Shown: positions 49,201 through 59,320 of the stretch, in pieces
How positions within the stretch are numbered: position 1 is the first letter of the stretch
Layout: the number at the start of each line of letters is the position of its first letter
Assembly: GCA_016196755.1 (NCBI GenBank)
Contig: JACPXC010000005.1
Span: 37,516 to 101,515, forward strand
DNA length: 64,000 bases
Direction: 5' to 3'
From: Elusimicrobiota bacterium
GTDB lineage: Bacteria > Elusimicrobiota > Elusimicrobia > UBA1565
Made by a program: the position numbers and the translations under genes
Notes under the pieces: generated by a model
Database searches by the model: none
Seen by the model: the letters and a program-made list of their open reading frames with translations, nothing else
What the model was told of the DNA's origin: nothing

Positions 49201-51255
49201 ATGAGCCTGTTCTCCCGCCTCTTCCTCATCCTCCTGGTCTTGGCCCTGGCCCCCGTGCTGGCGGCGACGTTCTGGTTCTCGCGCTCCGGCGTCAGGGCCG
49301 AAGAGAACGCCAAGCACCTGCACGCCTTAGTCGCCGACGGCGCCGCGGCTCTGGCGGCCGACGCGGTGGGTGAGATGAACGGCGCCCTGGGATTTGTCGC
49401 GGTGCTCGAGCGCGGGGCGGGGCCCGACGACGAGCTGCGCGCCGTCCAGAGCGCCGCCATCGCCCATCCGCGCCTGGCCTACGTGGCGCTCTACTCGGAC
49501 TCCGGCCGCGAGCGCGCCCGTCTGGCCGACCCCGCCGTATTCGGCCCGGGCGAGTCTTTGTGGAGCCGCCCCGGCACGGCCGCGGCGGTGGCCGAACGCC
49601 GCCTCTCGGCCCCCGAGGTGTTCGAGAAGGCCGGGCGGCCGCTCGTGCTCCTGGTCCATCCTCTCAGCCGCGGCGGGGCGGCGGTGGCGGCCTACGACGT
49701 CTCGGCCCTCTGGCAGCGGCTCCGGAATCTCGGCTCGGAGGAGCGCGGGAGCTCGGTCGTCCTGACCGGGGCGGACGGGCGCCCCATGCCGGGCTTCAAG
49801 CAGGCCGCCGGCGGCCCGCGGGCCGAGGATTTGGCCGCCGCGGCGCGCGGCGCGTTCGACGAAGGCGGCGTCCTGGGCGCCTGGAGAGCCGTGCCCGGTG
49901 TGGGTTGGCGGCTCGTGAGCACTCAGCCGTCGGAGCGGGCGCGCCTCACCGAGCGGGACTACGCCCAAGCCGGCACGGGCTTCGCCGTCGTCATGGCGCT
50001 GCTCGTCGGAGCGGTGGCTCTGCTCCTCGCCCAGGCTCTCAGCGCCCCCCTCCAGGCGCTGGTGAGGGGCGCGGAGGGGGCCTCCAGCCAGCGCTTCGAC
50101 CGCCTGGTTCCCGAGACCGGCTGGCCGGAGATGCGCCAGGTGGCGCGGGCCTTCAACGAGATGGCCCGCAAGATGGCCCAATACAGCCAACTCCAGGTCG
50201 AGCGTCAGCTCGACGACAAGGCTCGCCTCGACGCCCTGGTGTCGGCGATGCGCGACGGCATCGCATTGGTCGGCCTCGACGGACGCTTCCTCTTCGTCAA
50301 CGACGCGGCGGTGGCCGTCCTCGGCGCGGACGTGGAGCGCCTCGTGGGCTTGACCGTCGACGAGGCCTTTCAAGACCCGCACGCTCGCGACGCCTTCCTC
50401 GGCATCCTGGCGCGCGCGCAGAGCGGAGAGGCGGCGGAGCAGACGGTCTTCAACAACGAAGGGGGGCGGGTCGGCTTGTTCGAGTTCATCGCCAAGACCG
50501 TCAAGCGCGGCGAGCAGACCCTGGGCGTCCTGGTCGCGATGCGCGACGTCACGCTCGAGCGCGAGCTCGAGAAGACCAAGAAGACGATCTTCGAGAACAT
50601 CACCCACGACCTGCGCGCCCCGCTCTCCTCCGTCTCGGGCTATGTCCAGATGCTGATCGACGGATTCTTCGGGCCGGTCAACGCGGTCCAGACCGAGAAA
50701 CTCCGAGTCGTCGAACATGCCGTCTCCCAGCTGGCCGAGCTCATCAACACGATGCTCGACGTGTCCAAGTTCGAGGCGGGGATGATGGTGCTCGAGCCGG
50801 CGCCGGGTCGGCTCTCCGACGTCGTGACCTCGGCCGTCGAGTTGTCCCAGGGGCTGGCCCAAGGCCTGTCGGTCTCTCTCCGCCTGGCGGTTGAGGCCGA
50901 TCTTCCCGAGTCGCGGTTCGACGCCGTCCAGGTCCGCCGCCTCGTCCTCAACCTCCTCTCCAACGCGCTCAAGTTCACGCCGGCGGGCGGGAGCGTGACG
51001 GTGGGCGCGCGGCCCTGGCAGGAAGGAGGAATCGTCGTCTCGGTGGCCGACACCGGGGCGGGGATCCCCAAAGACAAGCTGCCCAGCCTGTTCACGAAGT
51101 TCTTCCAGGTGGCCGAGACCAAGTCCAAGGCCCGCCGCGGCGGTACCGGCCTGGGCCTGACCATCTGCCGTCAGATCGTCGAAGCCCACGGCGGGAAGAT
51201 CTGGGCCGAGAGCGAGTGGGAGAAGGGCAGCGTGTTCAGTTTCCGGCTGCCGTAG
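49201..51255 (+). CDS. Sensor histidine kinase (periplasmic sensor, HAMP, PAS, HisKA, HATPase_c)
   Basis: Two TM segments flanking a ~250-aa periplasmic domain. H-box ITHDLRAPLSSV, N-box LLSNALKF, G-boxes DTGAGIP and GGTGLGL. Confidence 0.85.
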   Translation: MSLFSRLFLILLVLALAPVLAATFWFSRSGVRAEENAKHLHALVADGAAALAADAVGEMNGALGFVAVLERGAGPDDELRAVQSAAIAHPRLAYVALYSDSGRERARLADPAVFGPGESLWSRPGTAAAVAERRLSAPEVFEKAGRPLVLLVHPLSRGGAAVAAYDVSALWQRLRNLGSEERGSSVVLTGADGRPMPGFKQAAGGPRAEDLAAAARGAFDEGGVLGAWRAVPGVGWRLVSTQPSERARLTERDYAQAGTGFAVVMALLVGAVALLLAQALSAPLQALVRGAEGASSQRFDRLVPETGWPEMRQVARAFNEMARKMAQYSQLQVERQLDDKARLDALVSAMRDGIALVGLDGRFLFVNDAAVAVLGADVERLVGLTVDEAFQDPHARDAFLGILARAQSGEAAEQTVFNNEGGRVGLFEFIAKTVKRGEQTLGVLVAMRDVTLERELEKTKKTIFENITHDLRAPLSSVSGYVQMLIDGFFGPVNAVQTEKLRVVEHAVSQLAELINTMLDVSKFEAGMMVLEPAPGRLSDVVTSAVELSQGLAQGLSVSLRLAVEADLPESRFDAVQVRRLVLNLLSNALKFTPAGGSVTVGARPWQEGGIVVSVADTGAGIPKDKLPSLFTKFFQVAETKSKARRGGTGLGLTICRQIVEAHGGKIWAESEWEKGSVFSFRLP

Positions 51256-51259
51256 GCGG

Positions 51260-51939
51260 TCAGCAGCAGCCGGCCGTCGCGCCATCCTTCACGTCCGGAC
51301 AGCGGATCGCCGCATAGACTCGCGCGCCGGTCAACGTGCCCAGGATGGGGGCCAGCCAGTAGACCCAATGGCTGGTGAAATCCAGCGAAAGCAGGGCCGG
51401 CGCGAACGAACGCGCCGGGTTCATCGAGGCTCCCGAGACCGGGCCGCCGAAGAGCGCCTCCAGGCAGACGGTGGCGCCGACCGCCACGCCCGCCATCGTC
51501 CCCTCGGCCCGGTGGTCGGTGGCCACCGCCATGATGACGAGCATGAGGATCGCGCTCAGGAAGAACTCCATCGCGAAGGCCTGGGATGAGGGTCCCGACG
51601 GCAGCGTCATCCCCAGAATCGCCCCTGGGAACATGAGCTTGAGCGCGGCACTGGCCGCCACCGCGCCTGCGAGCTGAGAGGCGAGATAGGGGGGGACCTC
51701 CGCCGATCCCAGGCGTCCCGCGGCCCGGAAGCCCAGGGTCACGGCCGGGTTCAGGTGGGCTCCCGAAATGTGCCCGACGGTGTAGACCATGGCGAGGACG
51801 ACGAGGCCGAAGACCAGGCCGACGCCGACGTGAGTCACCCGTCCGGGATGCAGCGCATCGACGATGATGGCGCCGGTGCCGGCGAAGACCAGGCAGAAGG
51901 TCCCCACGGCCTCGGCCAGATACTTGGGCGCCCGAGACG

Positions 51940-51943
<4 letters not shown>
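51260..51943 (-). CDS. aqpZ: Aquaporin (MIP family)
   Basis: Two NPA boxes (SGAHLNPAVTLG, SMNPARSF). GTG start giving VTSRAPKYLAEAVGTFCLVF. Confidence 0.8.
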
Positions 51944-52349
<406 letters not shown>

Positions 52350-52356
<7 letters not shown>

Positions 52357-52676
52357 GATTTCCTCTTCTGGAGCTGGCGGCGGTCCTTCTGAAGGGCCGC
52401 TACCTCGGAAAAACAGCCGCGCAGGCAGGCGATGAGGCTGGAATGGAACTTGCCGGTGGGCGCGGTCAGGGAATAGTGCTTCCAAAGGCCGTCTTTGCGC
52501 GCCGACACCATCCCCGCGTTGCGCAGGTAGGCCAGATGGCGCGAGACTTTCGATTGGGGAAGCCGCAGGGTGTCCGTGATGTCGCAGACGCAGAGCTCGC
52601 CGCCGGTCAGAAGATGCAGGATGCGCAGGCGGGGGTCTCGTCTGCGAACGCCTTGAACATGAGGTCGACCCGGGGG
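52350..52676 (-). pseudogene. arsR: ArsR-family metalloregulator, frameshifted in a poly-G(5) tract (52623-52627)
   Basis: One frame gives MASPRVDLMFKAFADET then stops. The -1 frame continues RLRILHLLTGGELCVCDI...HTH. One extra G restores an intact ArsR. Confidence 0.55.
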
Positions 52677-52827
52677 GAGGCCATGACTATATTTGCTTAG
52701 GCAGATATTATACGCGATTGCAAACGCCGCCGACCTCAAGGCCGACGCCGCGGCGGGCGCCGGGCCGCAAGGCCGAGGACTTCGTGGTCTCGGCCGCGAT
52801 CACGGCCGTCAAGCCAAAGGGCTGCTG

Positions 52828-54616
52828 CTAGGCCCGAGCTTCCAGTTCCTGCCAGCGCGCGAACAGCGCGTCGACCTTGGAATGCGCGTCGTCGACGGCC
52901 TTGTGGCGCTTCGCCAGCTCGGCGGCGTCGGCGGCCACGGCCGGGTCCTCGAGGGCGAGGCGGGCCTTTTGAGCTTGCCGCTCGGCGAGCTGGATGGCGG
53001 TCTCCATGCCCTTTAGCTCCTTGGCCTCGTTGGGAGTCAGCGCGGGCTTTGGGGCGGCAGCGGGTGCCGTCGGAGAGCCTTTCTCCGCCGCCTTCCGATT
53101 CTCCCACTGCGACAGGTCGGCGAAGTAGTCCGCCCCGCCCTTGCCGTCGAGGGCCAGGATGCGCTGGCAGACGCGCTCGAGCAGGTAGCGGTCGTGGGTG
53201 ACGAGCACCAGAGCGCCGGGGAAGTCCATCATGCTGGCCTCGAGCGTCTCCAGCGAGCGGATGTCGAGGTCGTTGGTCGGCTCGTCGAGGAGCAGGAGGT
53301 CGGCGGACTTGAGCATGAGCGTCGCGATGAGCACGCGCGACTGCTCGCCGCCGGAGAGCTCCGAGAGCGGCTTGTCGAGCTGCTCGTGGCGGAACAAAAA
53401 GCGCGTCGCCCAGCCGGCCACGTGGGTGGCCTTGCCGCGGTAATAGACGTGCTCGCCGTTCGGGCACAGGGCCCGGCGCAGGGTCGTGCTCAGGTCGAGG
53501 CGGTCGCGGTGCTGGTCGAAGGTGACGATCTCCAGGCGCTCGGCGTGCTTGATGGCCCCGGCGTCGGGGGCCAGCTCGCCGGCCAGCATCCTGAGCAAGG
53601 TGCTCTTGCCGCTGCCGTTCTCGCCCAAGAGCCCCAGCTTTTCGCCCGGGCCGAGGGCCAGGTCGAGCGGCCCGAACAGGCGCCGTCCGCCCAGGCTCTT
53701 GGCCACGCCCTTGGCCTCCACCAAGCGCCGGGTCTGGCGGCCGCTGCCCGAGAAGTCGATGTCGACGGCTTTGTCCTGGCTGTTGCGGAACTTGAGCTCG
53801 GCCAAGTCTCCCATCAGCTCCCCGGCCCGGTCGACGCGCGCCGTGTGCTTGATGGTCTGGGCCTTGGGGTTGCGGCGCAGCCAGGCGATCTCCGTGCGCA
53901 CGACGTTGCCCAGCGATTCCTGCTGGGACGCCTGGTCGGCCAGCAGGGTCTCGCGCTTCTCGAGGAAGGCGCTGTAGTTGCCCTTGCTGCTGAAGAAGCC
54001 GTCCTTGTGGCGCCGGTCGAGCTCGATGACCCGGTTGGCCACGCGCTCGAGGAAGAGCCGGTCGTGGGTGACCGTCAAGAACGAGAAGCGCAGGCCGGAT
54101 AGGAACTTCTCGAGCCAGAGCACGCCTTCCAAATCCAGGTGGTTGGTCGGTTCGTCCAACAGGAGGAGGTCCGGCTCGCGCACGACCTGCGCGAGGATGG
54201 CCAGGCGCTTGCGCCAGCCGCCCGAGAGCGTGGCTACCGACACGGCATGATCCTGGAAGCCCGCGTCGTCGAGGCCCGCCTCGAGGCGCATGTCAATCTC
54301 GTAATCCTCGAGCCCCAGGCCCTGCAGGGCCCGGGTCAGTTCGTCGCGCACGGTCCAGCCGTCGGCGACGGCGTCGAAGCGGTCCTGCTGGGGGAGATAG
54401 CCCACGCGCAGGCCGCGGCGGGGCGACAGCGACCCCGAGTCGGGGGTCTCCAGGCCGGCCAGGATCTTGAGCAAGGTCGACTTGCCGGCCCCGTTGGGGC
54501 CGATGAGTCCCGTGCGCTCGCCCTCGAAGAGGCCGAAGGACAGGTTGTCGAAGAGCGGCCGGTGGCCGAAGCTCTTGGAGAGGTTCTGACAGCTCAGGAA
54601 GATGGACAGAAGGGGA
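52828..54616 (-). CDS. ABC-F family ATPase (two ABC domains; EttA/Uup-like) - start codon unresolved
   Basis: Two Walker A/signature sets (GPNGAGKST...LSGGWRKR; GENGSGKST...LSGGEQSR). The first Walker A lies upstream of the first ATG. No ATG/GTG/TTG in frame between the upstream stop and LSCQNLSKSFG. Confidence 0.75.
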
Positions 54617-54778
54617 TTATAGCGGTAAGGCGTGCCCGTCGCAGCGCAGAACGGGCAGGCGCGGGTACTTGTCGAAGCGCGGGTCGGAGGCGGCCAGGCC
54701 GCAGAGATAGAGGACCGAGCCGCCCTTGGTATGGAGCTCCTTGGCGTGGCGGCAGCGGCCGCACAGGCCCGGGGTCAC
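54617..54778 (-). CDS. Small Cys-rich protein (53 aa; CxxC...C...CxxH, possible zinc-binding)
   Basis: GTG start overlapping the Rieske stop (GTGA). VTPGLCGRCRHAKELHTKGGSVLYLCGLAASDPRFDKYPRLPVLRCDGHALPL. Strongly G/C-ending codons. Confidence 0.35.
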   Translation of the reverse strand: MTPGLCGRCRHAKELHTKGGSVLYLCGLAASDPRFDKYPRLPVLRCDGHALPL

Positions 54779-55803
54779 GGCAGGGGGACGCCGTTGCCGG
54801 CCAGGACCTCGCGCAGGTCGTTGATGACCGGGAATATCTCCTGGTTCCGGTCGCCCTTCTGGGCGTCATGGGCCTTCTGCTCCTCTTCGACGATGACCTG
54901 GTCCTGGGCGAAGATGCCGTCGGTGAAATAGGCGATGAAAGGCCAGAACAGGTGGATGAGCCCGGGAAAAGAGGGCTTCTTGATCGACATCAACCCGAAG
55001 CTGTGGTTGACCCTCTGCTCCGGGTCGACCGGCACGTAGGAGAGCCACAGGTCCAGCGCGGGCTTCGCCTGGCCGGCCTTCTTGAAGGTCAGGGTCTGGT
55101 AGGGGTATTGGGTCCGGATCACCATCACGTCGGGCTCGTCGCGCGAGGCGCCGTCCGCCTTCTCCCCGACCATGAACTTCTCGCCCAAGGACTGCGCACC
55201 GCTGACCCGCGAGAAGCGATAGACCGCCTCGACCCAGTCGGGGCCGCGCTTGCGGCCGAGCAAGATAGGCTGAATGCCGCCCATCAAGCGGCGGTGCAGG
55301 AACTGATGGTTCATGTCCATCAGGTTCTCGTGCATGAAGGAGTAATGGCAGCGGATGCGCCGCGAGAGCGTGCGGGTCTTATACTCGGGGTCGCCGTAGG
55401 CGGGGACGTCGGGGAAGGCGGCCTTGGACGCCAAGGCCGCGTCGCCGGTGAAGACGAACACCAGGCCGTACGCCTCGCGGCAGGGATAGCTCCGGACCCC
55501 GTTGGGCAGGCCCTGCTCCTTGCCCAAGCTGGGGACGCTGAGGCATTTTCCGGACTTGTCGAAGGTCCACCCGTGGTAGCCGCACTTGATCGACTCCCCG
55601 CAGACCATCCCCAGGCGCAGGGGCACCTGGCGGTGGGCGCAGCGGTCGGCCAGGGCGAAGACGGCGCCGGCCTCGGAGCGGGCCAGGACGATGGGCTCGC
55701 CGCCGAAGGAGACGCCTTTCGTCTTGCCCTTCTTCACGGAGCCGGAAGAGGCCAGGGGCTGCCAGAAATCCGGATGAAGGCCTATCCGCCTGAGGTCGGG
55801 CAT
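54775..55803 (-). CDS. Rieske [2Fe-2S] domain oxygenase (PAO/ring-hydroxylating-like)
   Basis: Rieske motif CAHRQVPL...CGYHGW plus a mononuclear-iron region with His motifs. Confidence 0.8.
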   Translation of the reverse strand: MPDLRRIGLHPDFWQPLASSGSVKKGKTKGVSFGGEPIVLARSEAGAVFALADRCAHRQVPLRLGMVCGESIKCGYHGWTFDKSGKCLSVPSLGKEQGLPNGVRSYPCREAYGLVFVFTGDAALASKAAFPDVPAYGDPEYKTRTLSRRIRCHYSFMHENLMDMNHQFLHRRLMGGIQPILLGRKRGPDWVEAVYRFSRVSGAQSLGEKFMVGEKADGASRDEPDVMVIRTQYPYQTLTFKKAGQAKPALDLWLSYVPVDPEQRVNHSFGLMSIKKPSFPGLIHLFWPFIAYFTDGIFAQDQVIVEEEQKAHDAQKGDRNQEIFPVINDLREVLAGNGVPLP

Positions 55804-55827
55804 GGCTCAATGATAGGATAACGCGGC

Positions 55828-57210
55828 ATGGTCCAGGTAGCCGCAGGCGTCATCCTCCGCTCGGGCGCCGTCCTCCTGGCTCGCCGCGGCCCCGGCCGCG
55901 ACGACGCGGGCAAGTGGGAGTTCCCGGGCGGGCGGATCGAGAAGGGGGAGACTCCCGCCGCCGCGCTGGCCCGCGAGCTGCGCGAGGAGCTCGGCATCGA
56001 GGCCGAGGTCGGCGCGGAGACCGCGCGCTCCCGCCACGGGACCATCGAGCTCATCGCCCTGCTGGTGCCGCGCTTTTCCGGCGAGATACAGCCCGCGGAG
56101 CACGACGCCGTCGCCTGGGTCCCGGCCCAGCGCCTGCTCGAGTACGACCTAGCACCCGCCGACGTCCCGATCGCCGAGGCCGTGGCGGCCTATCGCCGGC
56201 GCAAGCGCTATAAAGGGACGCACCCTCGGGAGTTCGCGGAGAAGTACAAGGAGCTGGGCGGGGATCCCGAGGCCGTGGCCAAGGCCAAGGCGCGCGGGTC
56301 GACCCCGGCCGGGGCTCACATCCCGATCATGCTCGGCGAGGTGCTCGAGGGACTGGCGCCCTTGCAAGGGGCGCTCGTCCTCGACTGCACTTTGGGCTGG
56401 GGCGGCCACGCCGAGGCCCTCGTCCGCGCCGGGGCTTCCGTCATCGGCCTCGACCGCGACGGCGACGAGCTGGCCCGGACCGCGGAGCGCCTGCGCGCCG
56501 CGAAAGCGGCGGTGACGGCGCGCCAGGCCAACTTCGCGGGGGCCCTCAAAGTCTTGGCCGAGCTCGAGGCCGGTCCGGTCGACGCCTTGTTCGCCGACCT
56601 CGGCGTCTCGTCGATGCAGCTCGACCGCCCCGAGCGGGGGATGTCGTTTAAGCTCAACGGGCCGCTCGACATGCGCATGGACCGCTCGCGCGGGCGGACC
56701 GCCGCCGAGTGGCTCGCCGGCGCCTCGGAAGCCCAGGTCGCCGACGCGCTGGCGCGCTATGGCGATGAGCCCGACGCCAAGGCTATCGCGGCGGCAATGA
56801 CCGCCCTGGCCGCCGAGGGGCGCCTGCCCAAGACCACGGTAGCCCTGGCGGCCGCCATCGCTCGGGCCAAGGGCCTCGGAGCGCGGGCCACGAAGAAGGA
56901 CGCCTTCTCCACCCATCCGGCGTCCCGGACCTTCCAAGCCCTGCGCATCGTCGTCAACTCCGAGCGCGACGCTTTGGCCCAACTGCTGCGCGACCTGCCG
57001 CTCCTGGTGCGCCCGGGCGGCCGCGCGGTATTCCTGAGCTTCCATTCGGGGGAAGAAGGCCTCGTCGAGGCGGCACTTGGCGAGCAGGCCGCGGCGGGCC
57101 TGTGGGAGCCGCCGATGCCTTCCCGAAAGCCCTCGCCTGAAGAGGTCCGAGAGAATCCTCGCTCCCGCTCGGCCCGTTTGTGGCGCTTCGTCCGGAAAAA
57201 GGGAGAATAG
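55828..57210 (+). CDS. rsmH: NUDIX (MutT-like) hydrolase fused to 16S rRNA (cytosine1402-N4)-methyltransferase RsmH
   Basis: N-terminal complete Nudix box GKWEFPGGRIEKGETPAAALARELREELGI. C-terminal RsmH/MraW pattern (HIPIMLGEVL, LDCTLGWGGH, GVSSMQLD, GPLDMRMD, HPASRTFQALRIVVN, FHSGEE). One uninterrupted ORF. Confidence 0.75.
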   Translation: MVQVAAGVILRSGAVLLARRGPGRDDAGKWEFPGGRIEKGETPAAALARELREELGIEAEVGAETARSRHGTIELIALLVPRFSGEIQPAEHDAVAWVPAQRLLEYDLAPADVPIAEAVAAYRRRKRYKGTHPREFAEKYKELGGDPEAVAKAKARGSTPAGAHIPIMLGEVLEGLAPLQGALVLDCTLGWGGHAEALVRAGASVIGLDRDGDELARTAERLRAAKAAVTARQANFAGALKVLAELEAGPVDALFADLGVSSMQLDRPERGMSFKLNGPLDMRMDRSRGRTAAEWLAGASEAQVADALARYGDEPDAKAIAAAMTALAAEGRLPKTTVALAAAIARAKGLGARATKKDAFSTHPASRTFQALRIVVNSERDALAQLLRDLPLLVRPGGRAVFLSFHSGEEGLVEAALGEQAAAGLWEPPMPSRKPSPEEVRENPRSRSARLWRFVRKKGE

Positions 57211-57213
57211 GCC

Positions 57214-58029
57214 ATGCCCAGGCGGTTCGACCCATTCTTCCGAAAGAAGCACAAGCGCCCCGATTCCGGACCGCGCTCTGGGGAGGCGTCCGGTCGGAGC
57301 GACGCGCTAGGCGACGCGCCGCTGGAGCTTCCCTCGCTCAAGCTCGGGGAGCCCTTCAAATTCGACGCGGCGTTCGCGCGCCGTCTCACTCGGCGCGATG
57401 TGAACCCTAAGGAAGCCTTCACGGTGCGCGACGCGGCCGGGGCGTATTTTCGCGCCAGCCTGAAGGAGTCGGGACCCGAAGGCGGCACCGCGGTGCCCTA
57501 CGAAGCCTGCGCGCTGTCGCCGGAGCCCGGCGTCGAGATCACGCTGGCCTGCGCCGTCCTGGGTCGCCAGCGGATGCTCTTCGTCGCCCAGAAGGCCACC
57601 GAGCTCGGGGTGGCGCGCATCGTGCCGCTTTTCACCGAGTTCTCGGTCCAGGCCCGCGACCTGGCGCACGAGAAAGCCCATGCCTGGCCCGGGCAAGTCG
57701 TCCGCGCGGCCAAGCAGTGCCGCCGCAGTTCCCTGCCCGAGATCCGTCCGCCGATGACGCTCGACGCTTTCCTCGCCTCGCCGCTGGCCGACGCCGACCT
57801 GCGGCTCTGCCTCGACAACGTCGGCGGCGAGTCGCCGGCCCCCGCATCCGCGCCGCGGCGGATCATGCTGCTCATCGGTCCCGAGGGCGGCTTCTCGGAC
57901 GCGGAGCGCGCCAAGCTCTCAGGAAAGACCGTCTCCTGGGAGCTCGGCGGCCGCGTCCTGCGCGCCGAGACCGCCGTCCTGGTCGGCTTGTCGGCCGTCC
58001 AGCTCAAGTGGGGCGACTTTCGCTCTTAG
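57214..58029 (+). CDS. rsmE: 16S rRNA (uracil1498-N3)-methyltransferase RsmE-like
   Basis: RsmE family C-terminal SAM-binding region (LLIGPEGGFSDAE, RAETAV). Confidence 0.7.
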   Translation: MPRRFDPFFRKKHKRPDSGPRSGEASGRSDALGDAPLELPSLKLGEPFKFDAAFARRLTRRDVNPKEAFTVRDAAGAYFRASLKESGPEGGTAVPYEACALSPEPGVEITLACAVLGRQRMLFVAQKATELGVARIVPLFTEFSVQARDLAHEKAHAWPGQVVRAAKQCRRSSLPEIRPPMTLDAFLASPLADADLRLCLDNVGGESPAPASAPRRIMLLIGPEGGFSDAERAKLSGKTVSWELGGRVLRAETAVLVGLSAVQLKWGDFRS

Positions 58030-58031
58030 CC

Positions 58032-58691
58032 TCAGACTTCGGGCTGGGGCGTGATGCGCAGGTAGGGCTTGAGGGTCTTGAAGCCCTTGGGGAACTTCTT
58101 CTTCGCGTCCTCGTCGGAGACGCTGGGCAGGACGATGCAGTCGCCGCCCTTCTGCCAGTTGACCGGCGTGGCCACGCTGGCCTTGTCGGTGAGCTGCAGG
58201 GCGTCGAGCACGCGCAGGATCTCGTTGAAGTTGCGGCCGGTGGGGGCCGGATAGGTCAGCATCGCGCGGACCTTCTTGTTCGGGTCGATGAAGAACACCG
58301 AGCGCACCGTGAAGGTGTCGGAGGCGTTGGGATGGATCATCCCGTAGAGGTTGGCGACCTCTTTGGCCTCGGGCCCGCCGAGGATCGGGTAGTCCACCGT
58401 GCAGTCCTGGGTCTCGTTGATGTCGAGGGTCCACTTCTTGTGTTCCTCGACCCCGTCGACGCTCAAGGCCAGGACCTTGGCGTTGCGCTTCGCCCACTCC
58501 GGGCCCTTCTTGGCGACCTCGCCGAGCTCGGTGGTGCAGACCGGCGTGAAGTCCTTGGGGTGGGAGAAGAATACCACCCAGCTCTTGTCGGCCCATCTAT
58601 GGAACTCGATCTTGCCGGCGGTGGAGTCGCAGGAGAAGTCGGGGGCGAGGTCGTTGATGCGCAGGGGCTTGGTCTCGAGGTTCGTGGTCAT
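58032..58691 (-). CDS. 1-Cys peroxiredoxin (Prx6-type)
   Basis: FTPVCTTE peroxidatic-Cys motif at Prx6-like length. Confidence 0.85.
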   Translation of the reverse strand: MTTNLETKPLRINDLAPDFSCDSTAGKIEFHRWADKSWVVFFSHPKDFTPVCTTELGEVAKKGPEWAKRNAKVLALSVDGVEEHKKWTLDINETQDCTVDYPILGGPEAKEVANLYGMIHPNASDTFTVRSVFFIDPNKKVRAMLTYPAPTGRNFNEILRVLDALQLTDKASVATPVNWQKGGDCIVLPSVSDEDAKKKFPKGFKTLKPYLRITPQPEV

Positions 58692-58794
58692 GGGGGCTCC
58701 TTGATATCGGGTCTGGCCGGGATTCTATCAGAAGGTTGTGCGGGGGGCGGTGACACTTTTGAGACAACGAGGCGCGTGAATCCTCATTAATAGG

Positions 58795-58823
58795 GAAGCC
58801 CCCCGGCGCCGCCGGGGGGCTTC
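58795..58823. terminator. GC-rich hairpin (12-bp stem, 5-nt loop) between convergent/adjacent genes
   Basis: GAAGCCCCCCGG-cgccg-CCGGGGGGCTTC followed by TT on the plus strand. Lies downstream of the VOC gene (minus strand). Confidence 0.45.
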
Positions 58824-58843
58824 TTACTGCTTGAGCGGACCGT

Positions 58844-59320
58844 CTACCGCTTGCCGGCCGTGGCCGTGAACATCTCCAGCGCGGCCTTCTTCATCTCCTC
58901 ATGGGAGACCTCGCGCTTGCGCGTGAGCAGGGCCCAGGTGATGCCGAACGGGTCCCTGACCTCGCCGTAGCGATCGCCCCAGAAGGCGTCTTCCGGCGCC
59001 TTCACCGAACGCGCCCCGGCCGCGACCGCCTTCTTGTAGGCGGCGTCGGCGTCGGCGAGGTAGATGTTGAGCGAGACGGGGGAGCCTTTCAGGGTCTCGG
59101 CCGACTTGTGGTCGGGCCAGGCCGGGTTCTCCTCGCCGAGCATCAGGATCGAGTCGCCGATCTTGAACTCGGCATGCATGACCCTGCCCTCGGGGGTGGG
59201 GATCACGGACAATTCCTTCGCGTCGAAGGCCTTCTTGTAGAACTCCAGCGCCTTCTTCGCGTCCTTGACGATGACGGCGGGCGTGACGCTGTGATAACCA
59301 TCGGGGATCGGCTTGGGCAT
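58844..59320 (-). CDS. VOC (glyoxalase/bleomycin-resistance/PhnB-like) family protein
   Basis: Tandem beta-alpha-beta-beta-beta modules. HAEF...E and DxxG...D patterns. Confidence 0.7.
   Translation of the reverse strand: MPKPIPDGYHSVTPAVIVKDAKKALEFYKKAFDAKELSVIPTPEGRVMHAEFKIGDSILMLGEENPAWPDHKSAETLKGSPVSLNIYLADADAAYKKAVAAGARSVKAPEDAFWGDRYGEVRDPFGITWALLTRKREVSHEEMKKAALEMFTATAGKR

Noticed and set aside
54611-54616. TATAAT hexamer initially read as a -10 promoter for the ABC-F gene
   Set aside because: It is part of the codons ...CTA TAA that end the small Cys-rich ORF. It is not convincingly positioned relative to any -35.
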